Assembly (NCBI GenBank): GCA_030390025.1
Contig: CM059433.1
Location: 29,576,001 to 29,640,000 of the forward strand
Length of the DNA stretch: 64,000 bases
Direction of reading: 5' to 3'
Origin: Squalus acanthias
Lineage: Eukaryota
The notes below the pieces were generated by a model. The model was not told where the DNA came from and did no database searches. It was given only the letters and a program-made list of their open reading frames with translations. Within the stretch, counting starts at the first letter, position 1; every line of letters starts with the position of its first letter. The position numbers were made by a program, and so were the translations under genes. This document shows positions 62,014 to 64,000 of the stretch, in pieces.

Positions 62014-62164
62014 TAATTCCTGAAACTAAAGTGTCAAACTGTTGGATATTTGAACCCAAGCAAGATTTGAAAATAATTTGCTTATTGCTATGAAAATATC
62101 TTTCTGATTCCACCACCCCTCCTCCAAGTTAAACCCAATGATTTGTTATTGTGGAATATCCATG

Positions 62165-63873
62165 GGGGGACTTTTTTGGGGGGGTCAGCAGGTGCATTCA
62201 GTGGCGCGTCGGGTGGGAAACAAAATCTTTTGACTGCGGGTCAGGACCCCGCTGTCAACCCGTTGCCACGTGACTTTCCCAGATGTCGGGACTGTCAGGG
62301 CTGAACAGACCCGACATGCAGTGGCGGGGGAGGCAGTTCACGTCATTATGACCTTGTTAACAGCCCATTAAGAAGTATTTTGAGCTCACCTTTACATTTT
62401 AAGAGGTCACCCATGTGGTCCACACTGCTCGGGGATCAGGTCAAGTAAGGAGGTCGGGAGTTGTATGACCATGGAATCATCTCTTTACTTGACAGCTGTA
62501 AATGTGCGATAAAAGTTCCCATCTCACAGATTGAGCTTTATGCAGGTTGCAAGTGTTTGGAACAAACTCTCTATCCAGTGTCATCTCATTGGAGCAACCT
62601 CTCTCACCTTTGACAGATTGCTTCTGTCATCTCAAGTTCACCTGCCATCTATTACATCAGTGTCAGTGCCCTGAAACTATCTCACCTTGGTCCTCAGAAT
62701 CTTACCACGATCAGCCCCAACACCAGCATCACCAACAATAACACCAACCTTCCCCGCAATCAACTGATGTTGCACAGGACATGGCATCGGCACCTGACCA
62801 CATTGCTGCCCGGGACGCCAGGGATGGCCTCACCATGGCCAGATTTACTTCACTTGACACTGTACACCCTGGCTGTCATATGATGCATCAGGTTGGCACC
62901 ACCCCACACCAACACCTTAAAGCATCCTACAATGCCCAAGCCATTCCTTTCACAGTCATTGCGGGGGTGGTACCGTTATGTCTCACCATTCATTGCAACT
63001 CACTAAGACGCTTCCAAAAGTGCACACAGATCTGTCCAAGAAGGTAAAGTGTTGAAAATAAAGATTTAAATGTTTGACAACACATTAACAGAAACTTTAC
63101 ATGAACATTGGCTAAAATGCACAAGTGCCTACCCTTGTATGTTGTTAGTTGGTATGATAGGACTAGGATGAGGGTGAGTGTGAGGGGTGGCTAGTGAGAT
63201 GGGGAAGTGATAATGTAGATAGAGAGGGATGGGTAGAGGTGCAAGGTAAATTGGTGTGAGTAAGGATGTGCAGGAGTAGGGTAGGGAAGGCAGAGTGATG
63301 GAGATGTGATGAGTGGCACATCAGGATGAGGTTGAATGTATTTTGCAGTAACGCTTCGTGATCTACTGAGATCATTGAAAGGTTCGCGCCACTGCAGCCT
63401 GGTCCTCCTGACGACATCCCTGCTTGTGTCGTCCTGTGCAATGTGCAACCAGGCTGCGTTAGTGTCCTGGGGAGGTCTCTTCCACCCATGTGAAGGGAGG
63501 AAAACCTCCCTGCATGTCGTGACTCCCTCCATAAGCATATGGAGGGAGTCATGGGAGAGCCTGGGTGCAGGCGTACACCTCTGTGCAGTGCTTGTTAGTG
63601 TTTGCAGCACCTCAATGCTGTAGAACACTGACAGCACAACTGTCAAACTAACTTTGCGCATGGTTCATTTAAGGAAACCGGCTGATGACATGTCATCAAA
63701 TGACGTCATCAGACCCACTTCTTTCAATTGGCCAGCAAACGCACTGGGCGGGCTTAACAAGCCCAATCAACGTAAAATCATTCTACAGAGCGGGCTGGAG
63801 CTAGCAGCGGGGTCGGGTCCCACCATTGACGTCACCCGCCATGGTCCCGCCAAGGTAGGGATAATCGCGGCCC
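62165..63873. mobile_element. Non-autonomous Harbinger, sister of 53683-55411
   Basis: Colinear with 54120-55320; Myb exon 1 APRLSHDSLHMLMEGV...RRTRLQWREPFNDL; putative ATG TSD. Confidence 0.78.
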
Positions 63874-64000
63874 ATGTTTTTTGTCTCCACTTATTTGCAT
63901 ATTGTCCTGATTTGATTTTGGATGGTGCCGGGAAGTGAGTTAAATCATGAGTGTAACAGTTTTTTTCAGATTTGCAATATTTGACTAACACTGATATCTG

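Overview
Vertebrate genomic DNA, almost certainly from a cartilaginous fish (shark or ray). This is inferred from the repeat content: DeuSINE/SacSINE1-type SINEs, HER1-like CR1 LINE tails and the elasmobranch-type Penelope terminus. I found no host protein-coding gene I can support; the window reads as intronic or intergenic DNA that is mostly nested transposable elements. Main features: (1) a complete 4.25-kb PIF/Harbinger transposon (38533-42779, TAT target duplication) with an apparently intact 3-exon, 474-aa Myb/SANT gene and a convergent HARBI1-like DDE transposase broken by two nonsense codons. It sits beside a second Harbinger MITE at the same TAT inside a near full-length CR1 LINE. (2) A second, decayed two-gene Harbinger plus about ten non-autonomous derivatives and MITEs. 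(3) A Mag-like Ty3/Gypsy provirus with very short LTRs, a tRNA-Ser PBS, a CCTTT TSD and no integrase. (4) A ~27-bp minisatellite built from the tRNA A-box head of a SINE and split by a hAT element. (5) Many CR1, L2 and DeuSINE copies and a decayed Penelope hammerhead motif. All calls were made by eye; no database searches were run, and boundaries of decayed repeats are approximate.
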